A stretch of DNA of 64,000 nt from an uncultured Acetobacteraceae bacterium (GTDB lineage Bacteria > Pseudomonadota > Alphaproteobacteria > Acetobacterales > Acetobacteraceae). This document shows positions 20,771-30,613 of this stretch, one piece after another. A program made the position numbers and the translations under genes. The notes beneath the pieces are model-generated. The model worked only from the letters and a program-made list of their open reading frames with translations, was not told the DNA's origin and did not search any database. Position 1 is the first letter of the stretch; the number at the start of each line of letters is the position of its first letter. The DNA is taken from NCBI GenBank assembly GCA_903895595.1, contig CAITUP010000098.1:1933-65932 (forward strand), given 5' to 3'.

Positions 20771-21835
20771 TCAGCGACCGCCGCGCGTAACAGCGTCGCC
20801 GCGACCGCCCGAGGCCTTGCCATTTCCGCGCGCCAAACCCAGGCAAGGCCGTTCCACCAACATCCAGCTCAAATACCCCAGGGCCGAGGCCACTGTCAGC
20901 GCGATCCCGCACAGCAGCCACGGATCGATCCCGCGGTACCACCAGATGAACAGCGACTGCACCGGGAAAGCATACAGATACAGCCCGTAGGAAATGTCCG
21001 CCCGATTATCGAACCGGCTCAGCCGGACGATCGGGGCTGCGAACGCGAACCAGAAAATCAGATAGCCGCCGAAAATAGCGTATCCGGCATTGGCGGTCGT
21101 CCAGTGACACAGACTCGCGACCAGCAGCACGGCGGCTGCCGCGGCCCAGCCGGCTCGCAACGGGATACGGTCGCGGAACAGGAACGCCAGCATCCCGACG
21201 CCGAACACGGCGGTAAAATGAATATCGTAATGGTTCCCGATGCGCAGCGGGCCGTTGGGCAGGGTCAGCGCGTCCAGCACCAGAAGGATCGCCACGACAC
21301 CGGCCCAAACGATCTTGCCCCTCGGCCGCGTGCATCCCAGCCAGCCGAGGACCGGCACCATCAAATAGCAGCGGAACTCGTAGCCGATGGTCCACATCGA
21401 ACCGTTCAGCGCGGGGTACGGCAGACCCGCGAAGGCCCCCGTCACCGCCGGCTGCGCCAGTTTGATCACGCGCGCCGCCAGCCGGCCGAGGCTCTTGGCG
21501 GTCAGGATGTCGGTCCCGCCCGCGAGCGGCCCAACCACCACGACGCACAGGATAAAGCACACGAGATACCCTGGCACGATGCGCGCCACCCGCTTCACCA
21601 GATACGAAACGGTGGAGGACCCATGGACAAAACTCTGGGTAATCAGAAACCCGCTGATCAGGAAGAACCCGTCCACCGCGACCTCCCCGAACGACAAAGT
21701 GCCGAACAGGCGCGTCAGCAGCTCCCGCGACCGGTTCCCATCCAGCAGCTCAGGCGAGTGCGATACGATGACCAGCGATGCGAACAGAAGGCGCAGAGAA
21801 CCGAAATTGTTCTCCCGTGAGGTTGCACCGGCCAC
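20771..21835 (-). CDS. acyltransferase family 3 (OafA-like) membrane O-acyltransferase
   Basis: NNFGSLRLLFASLVIVSH, AVDGFFLISGFLI, RVARIVPG, NGSMWTIGYE, DISYGLYLYAFPVQ, VERP. Confidence 0.9.
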   Translation of the reverse strand: MAGATSRENNFGSLRLLFASLVIVSHSPELLDGNRSRELLTRLFGTLSFGEVAVDGFFLISGFLITQSFVHGSSTVSYLVKRVARIVPGYLVCFILCVVVVGPLAGGTDILTAKSLGRLAARVIKLAQPAVTGAFAGLPYPALNGSMWTIGYEFRCYLMVPVLGWLGCTRPRGKIVWAGVVAILLVLDALTLPNGPLRIGNHYDIHFTAVFGVGMLAFLFRDRIPLRAGWAAAAAVLLVASLCHWTTANAGYAIFGGYLIFWFAFAAPIVRLSRFDNRADISYGLYLYAFPVQSLFIWWYRGIDPWLLCGIALTVASALGYLSWMLVERPCLGLARGNGKASGGRGDAVTRGGR

Positions 21836-21906
21836 GCGCGCTCCTTCTCTCGGCGGTCCATCCGCGTTACGCTGATACTAATTGTCACAGACGGGGAAAC
21901 CAAGCG

Positions 21907-23613
21907 ATGTCCGGCAGCACCGAACGACCCACCCATATCGTCGCGGGCGGGGGCTCCGCCGGCTGCGCCTTGGCGTCCCGCCTGTCGGAGAACCCCGCGA
22001 ACCGCGTGCTGGTGATCGAGGCCGGGCCGGATTACGGCACCGCCAATATCCCCGACGACATCGCCGATACCTACGCCCACCGAGCGATGACGAATTCATC
22101 GTATTTCTGGCCGGCGTTGCAGGTTTCGCGGGGGAGCCACCAGCATATCCCCGAAAAAGGCCGGAAACCGTATTTCTTCTACCAGGGCAAGCTGATGGGC
22201 GGCGGCTCGTCGATCAACGGCCAAGTCGCCCTGCGCGGCGCGCCGGCCGATTTCGACGGCTGGTCGGAGCTGGGCGCCAAGGGCTGGGACTGGGGGTCGG
22301 TGCTGCCCTATTTCCGCAAACTGGAAAGCGATCTGGATTATTCCAACGACCAGCTGCACGGCGCCACCGGCCCCATCACCGTCCGCCGCATCCCCCGCGA
22401 CCAATGGGACGAGTTCACCAACGCCGTCGCTCGGTCGTGGGACGGCCAGGGCCACGCTTACGTGCCGGATATGAACGGCGCATACGAGGAAGGCTATTCG
22501 CCGCTGCCCACGTCGAACGACGGCAGCGCCCGCCGCTCCACCGCCAACGGACACCTCAGCGATGAGGTCCGAGCGCGGCCCAATTTGCGACTGATGCCGG
22601 AAACCCATGTGCGGCGCATCCTGTTCGAGGGCACGACGGCCGTCGGCCTGGAAGTCGTGCGCGCCGGCGTCACCGAACGCATTATGGGCGAGAAGATCAT
22701 TATCAGCTCCGGCGCCTTCCACAGCCCGAAGCTGCTGATGCTCTCGGGTGTCGGCCCGGCCGACCATTTGCGCCGGCATGGCATCGCGGTCGTCGCCGAC
22801 CGGCCCGGTGTCGGGTCCAATTTGCAGGATCACCCGTTGATTTCCGTGTCCGCTTACCTGCCGCCGATCGCGCGCGAGAAGCACGTGATCCGGCGGAATT
22901 ACTCGTATCTACGGTATTCCTCCGATGTCGCCGGGTGCGAGCCGGCCGACATGATCATGATGGCCGTCTGCCAATCCATGTGGCATGCGGTGGGGGAGCG
23001 GATCGGGACACTCAGCACCTACATCTCGCTCCCGTATTCCCGCGGCAGCGTCCGCCTGTCCTCGGCCGATCCGATGGCGGCACCGGCCATCGATTTCAAC
23101 TGGCTGGAAGATGAGCGCGACCGCACCCGCCTGCTGGCGGCGTTCCTGCGCATGGCTGGAATGTTCACCACCGACCCTGTCAGCACCTACGCGCTGGACC
23201 CGTTCCCCTCCAGTTTTTCGGAGCGTGTGGCGGCGATCAGCCGGCCCACCGGGTTGAACGCGGTGCTGACCAACGTCGCCGCCGCGCTGCTGGATTCCGC
23301 GTCGCCGATCCGCCGTTTCCTGATCGAGAACATCATCAGCGAGGCGCCGAAACTCGCTGCGTTGATGGCCGATCCGAAAGCGGCGATGGACTACGTCTGC
23401 ACCGCCGTTCGCAGCGCCTGGCACCCGTCCTGCACCTGCCGCATGGGCGCCGCCGACGACCCGATGGCGGTCACCGACCCGAACGCGGCGGTGATCGGTA
23501 CACAGAACCTGTACGTCGCCGATGCTTCGATCATGCCGCGCGTCACCCGCACCAACACCAATCTGCCATCGATCATGATCGGGGAGCGGGTCGCCGACCT
23601 GATTCAGGCATGA
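21907..23613 (+). CDS. GMC family flavoprotein oxidoreductase
   Basis: GGGSAG, GKLMGGGSSING, VGSNLQDHP, WHPSCTCRMG, ADASIMP...NTN. Confidence 0.93.
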   Translation: MSGSTERPTHIVAGGGSAGCALASRLSENPANRVLVIEAGPDYGTANIPDDIADTYAHRAMTNSSYFWPALQVSRGSHQHIPEKGRKPYFFYQGKLMGGGSSINGQVALRGAPADFDGWSELGAKGWDWGSVLPYFRKLESDLDYSNDQLHGATGPITVRRIPRDQWDEFTNAVARSWDGQGHAYVPDMNGAYEEGYSPLPTSNDGSARRSTANGHLSDEVRARPNLRLMPETHVRRILFEGTTAVGLEVVRAGVTERIMGEKIIISSGAFHSPKLLMLSGVGPADHLRRHGIAVVADRPGVGSNLQDHPLISVSAYLPPIAREKHVIRRNYSYLRYSSDVAGCEPADMIMMAVCQSMWHAVGERIGTLSTYISLPYSRGSVRLSSADPMAAPAIDFNWLEDERDRTRLLAAFLRMAGMFTTDPVSTYALDPFPSSFSERVAAISRPTGLNAVLTNVAAALLDSASPIRRFLIENIISEAPKLAALMADPKAAMDYVCTAVRSAWHPSCTCRMGAADDPMAVTDPNAAVIGTQNLYVADASIMPRVTRTNTNLPSIMIGERVADLIQA

Positions 23614-24017
23614 GCACCGACAAAGACGATATCCGCGAACTGCTACATCTGTATTGCTTCTGCATGGACGAGGGCCGGTTCGCCGAACTCAGCCGCCTTT
23701 TTGCCCCGGACGGCGTCTGGTGTGCGCCCTACCGCACCGCGACCGGTCCCGCCGAGATCGAGGCCTGGCTGACCCAATCCGTGCCGGCGTCCCCGAAACG
23801 CATGCACTACGCGATGAACACCATCATCACTCTGGACGGCGACCGAGCGACGGCGCGGTCCAACTATCTGGTGATGGTGGAGGGGGCGGATGGGCCGGTT
23901 CCCTCCGTCTGCGGCACTTACGCGGATGCGTTGGTGCGGATCGGGCAGGCATGGAGATTTCAGCGGCGGGAGCTGATCCACGCGTTTAAGGGTGAGATGA
24001 AGCTGACGCTCCCGTAG
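23610..24017 (+). CDS. SnoaL/NTF2-like small protein
   Basis: DIRELLHLYCFCMD...LFAPDGVW...DGDRATARS...GTYAD.LVR...WRFQRR; ATGA overlap with GMC gene. Confidence 0.85.
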   Translation: MSTDKDDIRELLHLYCFCMDEGRFAELSRLFAPDGVWCAPYRTATGPAEIEAWLTQSVPASPKRMHYAMNTIITLDGDRATARSNYLVMVEGADGPVPSVCGTYADALVRIGQAWRFQRRELIHAFKGEMKLTLP

Positions 24018-24018
24018 C

Positions 24019-25539
24019 CTACTTCCAGCTGGCCAGATAAAACCGCGGCAGTTCGTCAGGATACGGCTTGAAATTCAGCTCCCGCGACAGCCCGTACGTG
24101 ATCGTATAGGTATACATCGGCAACCAATACGCCTTCTCGCCGATCAGCTTGATCGCGGCGCCGTACGCCTTGCGGCGCTGATCGGGGTCGGTCGTGGACC
24201 CGCCGGCCTTGATGAGTTCCATCAGTTCCGGATCGCGGGTGTAGTCGTTGGCGGCGCCGCCGAAATATTGCGGCAGAATGGCCGAGACGTCGTTGATGGA
24301 ATAGCTGCCCCAGTTGCCGGCCTCCATCGGGTTCTGCCCCGCCATGCTGCGCTGGATGACGGCGGCGACCTGCAACACGCTCAAGCGCACGTCGATGCCG
24401 ACCGCTTTGAGGTAATTTTGCATCGCGCCGGCCCAGGACGGCAGCTCGTAGGTGACGAGTTCGGTGCTGAACCCGTTGGGGAATCCGGCTTCCGCCAGCA
24501 AGGCCTTCGCCTTCGCGGGGTTGTAATCGTAATGCACCGCCGATCCCGCGTCGCAGCCGAATTGCGTCGGGTAACATGGCGCGTCGAGCGTCCGCGAGCC
24601 GCCCTGCACCAACTGTTTCGCCATCGTTTCACGGTCGATGGCATGCATAATGGCCTGTCGCACTTTGACATTCGTCAATGGATTGCCCGCGCCCGTGCGG
24701 GCGGCGCTATCCATATTGATGTAGCCGATCCGCATCGACTCCGACCGCAGCGCCAGCAGGCCCGGCATGCGGGCGACGCTGTCGAACTGGTCGGGGCTGA
24801 ATTTCCAGATCCAGTCGGCCCGCTTGCCCAACAGTTCCGCCATCTCGGTGGAGGCATCGGGCACCTCGTGAATCACGATTTTGCCAATTGCGGGCTTTCC
24901 CTTGGGGCTGTCGGTGTAGTAGCCGTCGTAACGCTCCATATCGATTTGGGTCACGCCATCGACGCGCGTGATCTTATAGGGGCCCGTGCCGACGGGGTGG
25001 TGTGCGTATTCGTCCACCCCGACCTTTTCACGATAGGCTTTCGGCCAGATCCACAGCGTCATCGCCATGTAATCCAGGGCCGCGGGGAAAACCCGTTTGA
25101 GCTTCACGCGCACCGTGTAGTCGTCGATTTTCTCCGCGCCCTCGTAGAACGAATAATTGCTGGGGACCGCGACCTGTTTGTCGGCGATGACGGTGTTGAT
25201 CGTATAGACCACGTCGTCGGCGGTGAACTTGTCGCCGTTGTGCCAAGTGACGTTCTTGCGCAGCGCGAATTCCAAGGTCGTGTCGTCGATCCATTTGTAG
25301 GATTCGGCCAACAGCGGACGGTTCTGGAACGTCTCGGGGTCGCGATAAACCAGCGTGTCCCAAGCCTGATGCGCCAGGATGATGCCGGAGCGCTGTTGGT
25401 TGTAGTACGGATCGATGTTCGGCACTGCATCGCGCCACGTGATGCGCAGCGTGTCGGCCGATTTTTGCGCGTGGGCGGGTGGGGTCAGACCGAAACCGGC
25501 GGCCATGGCGGCCGCGGCGAACAGGTGCCGTACGCGCAT
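24019..25539 (-). CDS. ABC transporter substrate-binding protein, family 5 (peptide/nickel)
   Basis: signal peptide; PLLAESY, FALRKNVTWHNGDKFTADDVVYT, PVGTGPY, VRQAIMHAIDR; GGAG before ATG. Confidence 0.92.
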   Translation of the reverse strand: MRVRHLFAAAAMAAGFGLTPPAHAQKSADTLRITWRDAVPNIDPYYNQQRSGIILAHQAWDTLVYRDPETFQNRPLLAESYKWIDDTTLEFALRKNVTWHNGDKFTADDVVYTINTVIADKQVAVPSNYSFYEGAEKIDDYTVRVKLKRVFPAALDYMAMTLWIWPKAYREKVGVDEYAHHPVGTGPYKITRVDGVTQIDMERYDGYYTDSPKGKPAIGKIVIHEVPDASTEMAELLGKRADWIWKFSPDQFDSVARMPGLLALRSESMRIGYINMDSAARTGAGNPLTNVKVRQAIMHAIDRETMAKQLVQGGSRTLDAPCYPTQFGCDAGSAVHYDYNPAKAKALLAEAGFPNGFSTELVTYELPSWAGAMQNYLKAVGIDVRLSVLQVAAVIQRSMAGQNPMEAGNWGSYSINDVSAILPQYFGGAANDYTRDPELMELIKAGGSTTDPDQRRKAYGAAIKLIGEKAYWLPMYTYTITYGLSRELNFKPYPDELPRFYLASWK

Positions 25540-25608
25540 TATCGTCTCCAACATTCTGTTACAAACACTATGGGGCAGCGGCGTGCCGGGGCAAGGGAAT
25601 TCGGCGGG

Positions 25609-27042
25609 TTATTCCCAGCCCGGTGGGGGAGCGAACGCATACCCCGCTCGCTCCAGCAAGCCGGCAGCAGCGATGGTGGAGCGGTCGCCATGGGAGGGTC
25701 CGACGATCTGCACGCCGATCGGCAGCCCGTCGCGGGTGCGGCCGATGGGCGCGACGGTGGCGGGCAAATGACTGCCGCCGATCATAAGCGGCCAGAAAAG
25801 CTGATCGTTGTAGTGGACCGTTTGCCCATCGATCGCGATGCGGCGTTCCCAGGTGGTGCCGTCCTGGCGGTGCGGCATGGCCGGCGTGGCGAACACCGGG
25901 CACAGCAGCACGTCCCATTCCTGGAAAAACGCGTTCCACAACCGGCGGATGGCGTGTCGCCTTTGGTTCAAGCCAAGCCATATCCCGTGCGGCATGTCGG
26001 TCCCGCGCAACATCCAGGCGTCGGCGCTGTTGTCGTCCGGCGACAGGCGCGCGGCGGCCTTTCGCTGTTCGGCGATGATCGCTTCCGGCGTGTTGCCGCC
26101 CCAGGCGGCATGCAGCAGGCGCAGATAGATTCGATAAGCGGGCAGGGGATCGAAAGCCGGGCGAGCGGTGCGGGAAACCGTGGCGCCCTCCCGCTCCAGC
26201 CGGTCGGCGAGGCCGTCGATGGCCGCGACGATTTCGGGTTCCGTCGGTTGGCCGGGTTCGTGGTTCCAGACCGCGACGCGCAACGTTTTCAGGGACGTGA
26301 ACCGCGGGGAGGGCAGGGTGATGGCCAACCCGGTATCGGCCGGATCCGGCCGCGCAAGCAGATCGAGAACAAGCCGCAGATCGTTCGCCGACCGCGCCAA
26401 CGGCCCCAGCACAGCAATGTCCGTCGGCGCGCTCGGTCCCGCACCGCTGTAATTCGGGCACAGCGCCCAACTCGGCTTGTGCCCGAACACGCCGCAATAA
26501 TGCGCGGGGACACGGATCGAGCCGCCGATGTCGGACCCAAGCTCCAGCCCGGTCAGCCCCGCGGCCAACGCCGCCGCCGATCCGCCGGATGACCCGCCGG
26601 GCGTCCGGTCGGTATTCCACGGGTTCGACGTGGTGCCGTAAACAGGATTATAGCTCTGCCAATCCGCGAGATCGACGGGCACGTTGGTCTTGCCGAACAC
26701 CACCGCGCCGGCCTCTTCCAGCCGCCGGACAGCCAGGCAGGTTGTCGCCGCTTGCATGTTCGCCAGTTCCGGATGCCCACGCGTCGTCGGCAGCCCCGCG
26801 ACGTCGAAACTTTCCTTCACCGTCATCGGCACGCCGAACAATGGGACGGATTTGTCGGACTGGTTATCCAGCGCCCGCGCCCGTTCGCGCGCTCGGTCGA
26901 AGTCGTGGACCACAATCGCATCGATGCGCGGGTTCAGAAGCGCGGCGCGGCCGATAAATCGATCCAGCAGTTCCAGGCAGCCGATCTCCCCCTTGCGGAT
27001 GAGACCGGCCAAAGCGCTGGCGGACTGGAAGTGCAGCGTCAC
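25609..27042 (-). CDS. amidase (amidase-signature family)
   Basis: GVPMTVKE, GKTNVP, TPGGSSGGSAAALAAG, ELGSDIGGSIRVPA; GTGA overlap with upstream SDR. Confidence 0.93.
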   Translation of the reverse strand: MTLHFQSASALAGLIRKGEIGCLELLDRFIGRAALLNPRIDAIVVHDFDRARERARALDNQSDKSVPLFGVPMTVKESFDVAGLPTTRGHPELANMQAATTCLAVRRLEEAGAVVFGKTNVPVDLADWQSYNPVYGTTSNPWNTDRTPGGSSGGSAAALAAGLTGLELGSDIGGSIRVPAHYCGVFGHKPSWALCPNYSGAGPSAPTDIAVLGPLARSANDLRLVLDLLARPDPADTGLAITLPSPRFTSLKTLRVAVWNHEPGQPTEPEIVAAIDGLADRLEREGATVSRTARPAFDPLPAYRIYLRLLHAAWGGNTPEAIIAEQRKAAARLSPDDNSADAWMLRGTDMPHGIWLGLNQRRHAIRRLWNAFFQEWDVLLCPVFATPAMPHRQDGTTWERRIAIDGQTVHYNDQLFWPLMIGGSHLPATVAPIGRTRDGLPIGVQIVGPSHGDRSTIAAAGLLERAGYAFAPPPGWE

Positions 27043-27821
27043 GCGATCGACGAGTTGAAGTTGCCCCCGTCGAGAATCAGGTTGTGGCCGACGATAAACC
27101 CGATCTTGGCGGAGCAAAGGAAGGCGCAGGCGTCGCCGAACTCGGCCGGATCGCCGACGCGGCCGGTCGGCGTATTGGCGGCCCGTTCCATCACGATCTC
27201 GTCCACCGGCACATTCCGCTGCGCCGCCGTTGCCACCGCACCGCTGCGCAGACGATCGGTCAGGAACGGACCCGGCAGGATGTTGTTGATGACGACGTTA
27301 TGCTTCGCGACCTGACGCGCCAGCCCGGCCACGAACCCGGTCAGGCCCGCACGTGCGCCGTTGCTCATGCCCAGGTTCGGGATCGGCGACTTCACCGAAG
27401 CCGACGTGATGTTGACGATGCGCCCGAACTTGCGCGCGATCATGCCATCGACGGTCGCTTTGATCAGGAAGATGGGCGCCAGCATGTTCTGATCGACGGC
27501 CTTGATCCAATCCTCCCGCGTCCAGTCGCGGAAATCGCCATGCGGCGGGCCGCCGGCATTGTTCACCAGAATATCGGGCTCCGGGCACGCGGCCAGAGCG
27601 GCGGCGCGGCCTTCTTCCGTGGAGATATCGCCGGCGACGGCGGTCACCTTGGCGCCGGTCATCGCGCGGATTTCCGCGGCGGTTTCCTCCAGGGTGGACA
27701 AAGTGCGGGCGGTGATGACCAGCTCCACGCCTTCGCGCGCCAGAGAGATGGCGCAAGCGCGGCCGAGGCCTTTGCTGGCGGCGCAGACGATGGCTTTTTT
27801 GCCGGCGAGACCGAGATCCAT
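27039..27821 (-). CDS. short-chain dehydrogenase/reductase
   Basis: CAASKGLG, LVNNAGGP, NITS, SNGAR, NNILPG, ILDGG. Confidence 0.92.
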   Translation of the reverse strand: MDLGLAGKKAIVCAASKGLGRACAISLAREGVELVITARTLSTLEETAAEIRAMTGAKVTAVAGDISTEEGRAAALAACPEPDILVNNAGGPPHGDFRDWTREDWIKAVDQNMLAPIFLIKATVDGMIARKFGRIVNITSASVKSPIPNLGMSNGARAGLTGFVAGLARQVAKHNVVINNILPGPFLTDRLRSGAVATAAQRNVPVDEIVMERAANTPTGRVGDPAEFGDACAFLCSAKIGFIVGHNLILDGGNFNSSIA

Positions 27822-27887
27822 GGTTGGTTCCTCCTTTAAGTGTGGGCGGCATAGGACCGCAATTCGTCCCCGACGCCAAGCCGGGGG

Positions 27888-28676
27888 TCAGCTGGTTTCG
27901 GTGCGTCCCCTCTGGCGGCGCCCGAGCGAGAGTTCGGTGACGATGCCGTGGAGGGTGCGGAGTTCCTGGGTCGTGACCTCGCCGCGCTGGAACAGATGCT
28001 GGATGTTGCGGACCATGCCGGGGCGCTTGGGCAGATTCCGTAAAAAACCGCTTTCGTCGAGTTCGGCGATCAGGTGCGTCAGGAAATTGTCCAGTTCGCC
28101 CTTGGTCGCGACATTGGTTTCGTTGGTCATCAGCGTGCGGGTGGGGGTCCGATCGTCGGCCGTCCACCACTCGTAGGCCATGACCAGCACGGCCTGGGCG
28201 AGGTTCAGCGACATGAACGCCGGGTTCAAGGGATAGCGGATCAGTGCATCGGCCTGCGCCATGTCGTCATTGTCCAGCCCGGCACGCTCCGGTCCGAACA
28301 GCAGGCCGGTTTTTAGGCCGCGACTGGTGATTTCGCGCAGTTCGGCGGCGGCGCCGCGCGCGGTCATGACGGGTTTGACGATGTGCCGGGGGCGGGGGCA
28401 GGTGGCGAACACATGGTGCAGATCGGCGACGGCGTCGGCGACGGTGGGATGCACGGTCGCGGCATCCAGCAGCCGGTCGGCGCCCGAGGCCGTACGCCAC
28501 GCCTTTTCCTGCGGCCACCCGTCGCGTGGGGCGACGAGCCGGAGGTGAAACAGCCCGCCATTCGCCATGGCGCGCGCGCAGGCGCCGATGTTGTCGGCGA
28601 GTTGCGGGCGGACGAGGATCACCACGGGTGTATTGCCGACCGGATGCAGATCGGCGCCGCCGTCGCGGCCGGTCAT
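27888..28676 (-). CDS. trmJ: SPOUT RNA methyltransferase, TrmJ/LasT family
   Basis: ILVRPQLADNIGACARAMAN, LLFGPERAGLDN, SLNLAQAV. Confidence 0.9.
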   Translation of the reverse strand: MTGRDGGADLHPVGNTPVVILVRPQLADNIGACARAMANGGLFHLRLVAPRDGWPQEKAWRTASGADRLLDAATVHPTVADAVADLHHVFATCPRPRHIVKPVMTARGAAAELREITSRGLKTGLLFGPERAGLDNDDMAQADALIRYPLNPAFMSLNLAQAVLVMAYEWWTADDRTPTRTLMTNETNVATKGELDNFLTHLIAELDESGFLRNLPKRPGMVRNIQHLFQRGEVTTQELRTLHGIVTELSLGRRQRGRTETS

Positions 28677-28687
28677 CCACACCCCCC

Positions 28688-28761
28688 CGTCATGGTCGGA
28701 CTTGACCCGACCACCTCAGGCCAATGGGAAAACGATGGTCGGGTTAAACCCGACCATGACG
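28688..28761. repeat. REP doublet
   Basis: CGTCATGGTCGGACTTGACCCGACCACCTC (28688-28717) and inverted GATGGTCGGGTTAAACCCGACCATGACG (28734-28761). Confidence 0.88.
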
Positions 28762-28788
28762 GGTCCGAGGCGGCGGTGGGGCGGTCCA

Positions 28789-29073
28789 TCACTTCCCCAG
28801 CATCGATTTGATCCACGCCTTGATCTGCGCCTTCAGCCCGGGATCGGCCTCGACCTGCGCCCTATAGGGGGCGGCGGCTTGTTTCAGTGCCTCTTTGGTC
28901 GCGGGGTCGAGCCCTTCGTATGCCGCTTTTGCCTGCGCGGGGGTCATGGTCGCGGCGTTCGGCGGGATCGTGACACCGGGCGGCAGCTTCACCCCTGGCG
29001 GCAGTTGCGGCGTCTGCGCGGGCGCGGCGAATGTCAGCAGTACGGCGGCGGTGGCGATAACGGTTCGGTGCAT
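28789..29073 (-). CDS. small secreted hypothetical protein
   Basis: signal-peptide-like start (MHRTVIATAAVLLTFAAPA), Pro-rich then amphipathic helices; just downstream of cysS. Confidence 0.65.
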   Translation of the reverse strand: MHRTVIATAAVLLTFAAPAQTPQLPPGVKLPPGVTIPPNAATMTPAQAKAAYEGLDPATKEALKQAAAPYRAQVEADPGLKAQIKAWIKSMLGK

Positions 29074-29075
29074 GG

Positions 29076-30425
29076 TCAATTGGTCCTCCGCCAAATGGTG
29101 CCTTTGGGTCCGTCCTCAAGCAGAATGCCGCGCGCGGCGAGTTCGTTCCGGATCGCATCCGCCCGCGCGAAATCCCGCGCCTTGCGGGCGGCGAGGCGGT
29201 CGGCGATGGCGGCTTCGATATCCCCGGCGTCATCGCCGTCGCCCCGGAACCATGCCTCCGGCGCCAGTTGCAGCACGCCCAGCACGTCCCCGGCGGCGCG
29301 CAACGCCCGAGCAGCGTCGAAATCGCCGGCCAAGGCCATGTCGGCCAGCGCGTGCATCGCCGACAGCGCCAGCGGCGTATTCAAATCGTCGCACAGCGCA
29401 TCCGCGACCGACGGCGACAGATCGCCGGCGCCGATGTCGGGGAATTTCTCCAACGCACGATAGAAACGATCTAGTTCCTTTTTCGCTTCGCCCAACGCCG
29501 CGTCGGAGAAATCCAGCACCGCGCGATAATGCGCGCGCAGCAGCAGCAGCCGCACCGCCTCGGCCGGCGCCTTGGCCAGAATTTCGCGAATGGTGAAGAA
29601 ATTGCCGAGGCTTTTCGACATTTTCTCCCCGTTTACCAGCAGCATGCCGTTATGCATCCAGTAACGGGCGAAATGGCTGCCGGGGAAAGCGCAGACGCTT
29701 TGTGCGCGTTCGTTCTCATGATGCGGAAAGATCAGGTCCGATCCGCCGCCATGAATGTCGAAATTTTCACCGAGATAGCGCCAGGACATGGCGGAGCACT
29801 CGATATGCCAGCCCGGCCGGCCGCGGCCCCAGGGGGAGTCCCAGCCCGGCAGGTCGTCGCTCGACGGTTTCCACAGCACGAAATCGCCGGCATCGCGCTT
29901 GTAGGGCGCGACATCGACGCGGGCGCCGGCCAGGAGTTCGTCCGGCGTGTGGCCCGAGAGCTTGCCGTAGCCGGGGTCGGTGGCGACGGCGAACAGCACG
30001 TGCCCCTCGGCCGCATAGGCGTGGCCGGAGGCGATCAGGCGTTCGACGATTTGGATCATCTCTTCGATATGCTCGGTCGCGCGCGGCTCCACATCCGGCG
30101 GCAGCGCGTTCAGCTTGGCGATATCGGCATGGAAATCGCGCGTGGTGCGTTCGGTAATCGCGCCGATCGGCTCCCCGGACTCCTGGGCGCGGGCGTTGAT
30201 CTTGTCGTCCACGTCGGTGATGTTGCGAACATAGGTAACCTTGGGGAACAACACCCGCAGCAGCCGCGACAGCACGTCGAACACCACGATGGGCCGAGCA
30301 TTGCCGAGATGCGCGAGGTCGTAGACGGTCGGCCCACAGACATACATCCGCACATGCTGCGGATCGAGGGGCGCGAAACGCTCCTTCCTCCGGGTCAGGC
30401 TGTTGTGCAGGGTCAGTTCGGGCAT
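29076..30425 (-). CDS. cysS: cysteine--tRNA ligase
   Basis: [61 protein letters not shown]. Confidence 0.97.
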   Translation of the reverse strand: MPELTLHNSLTRRKERFAPLDPQHVRMYVCGPTVYDLAHLGNARPIVVFDVLSRLLRVLFPKVTYVRNITDVDDKINARAQESGEPIGAITERTTRDFHADIAKLNALPPDVEPRATEHIEEMIQIVERLIASGHAYAAEGHVLFAVATDPGYGKLSGHTPDELLAGARVDVAPYKRDAGDFVLWKPSSDDLPGWDSPWGRGRPGWHIECSAMSWRYLGENFDIHGGGSDLIFPHHENERAQSVCAFPGSHFARYWMHNGMLLVNGEKMSKSLGNFFTIREILAKAPAEAVRLLLLRAHYRAVLDFSDAALGEAKKELDRFYRALEKFPDIGAGDLSPSVADALCDDLNTPLALSAMHALADMALAGDFDAARALRAAGDVLGVLQLAPEAWFRGDGDDAGDIEAAIADRLAARKARDFARADAIRNELAARGILLEDGPKGTIWRRTN

Positions 30426-30512
30426 GCGGGCGGGGTCCGTTGGGGTGGGGGCGCTTTATCGGGGATTCCGAGGTTGGGTTCAATGTCGGGGTTGGGGGGC
30501 GCCTGACACATC

Positions 30513-30542
30513 CGTCATGTTCGGGCTTGACCCGAACACCTC
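30513..30542 (+). repeat. single REP arm (left boundary of DGR cassette)
   Basis: CGTCATGTTCGGGCTTGACCCGAACACCTC matches the family consensus, with compensatory changes in its internal hairpin. Confidence 0.82.
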
Positions 30543-30613
30543 CTGCGACCGGGGGCGCTTGCCCATCCCCCGGCACTTCCGGCACACTCCCGTCCGCAAC
30601 CGCCGGAGCCGTC

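Noticed and set aside
24268-26592. 774-aa plus-strand ORF
   Set aside because: Antisense to the binding protein and amidase; no motifs
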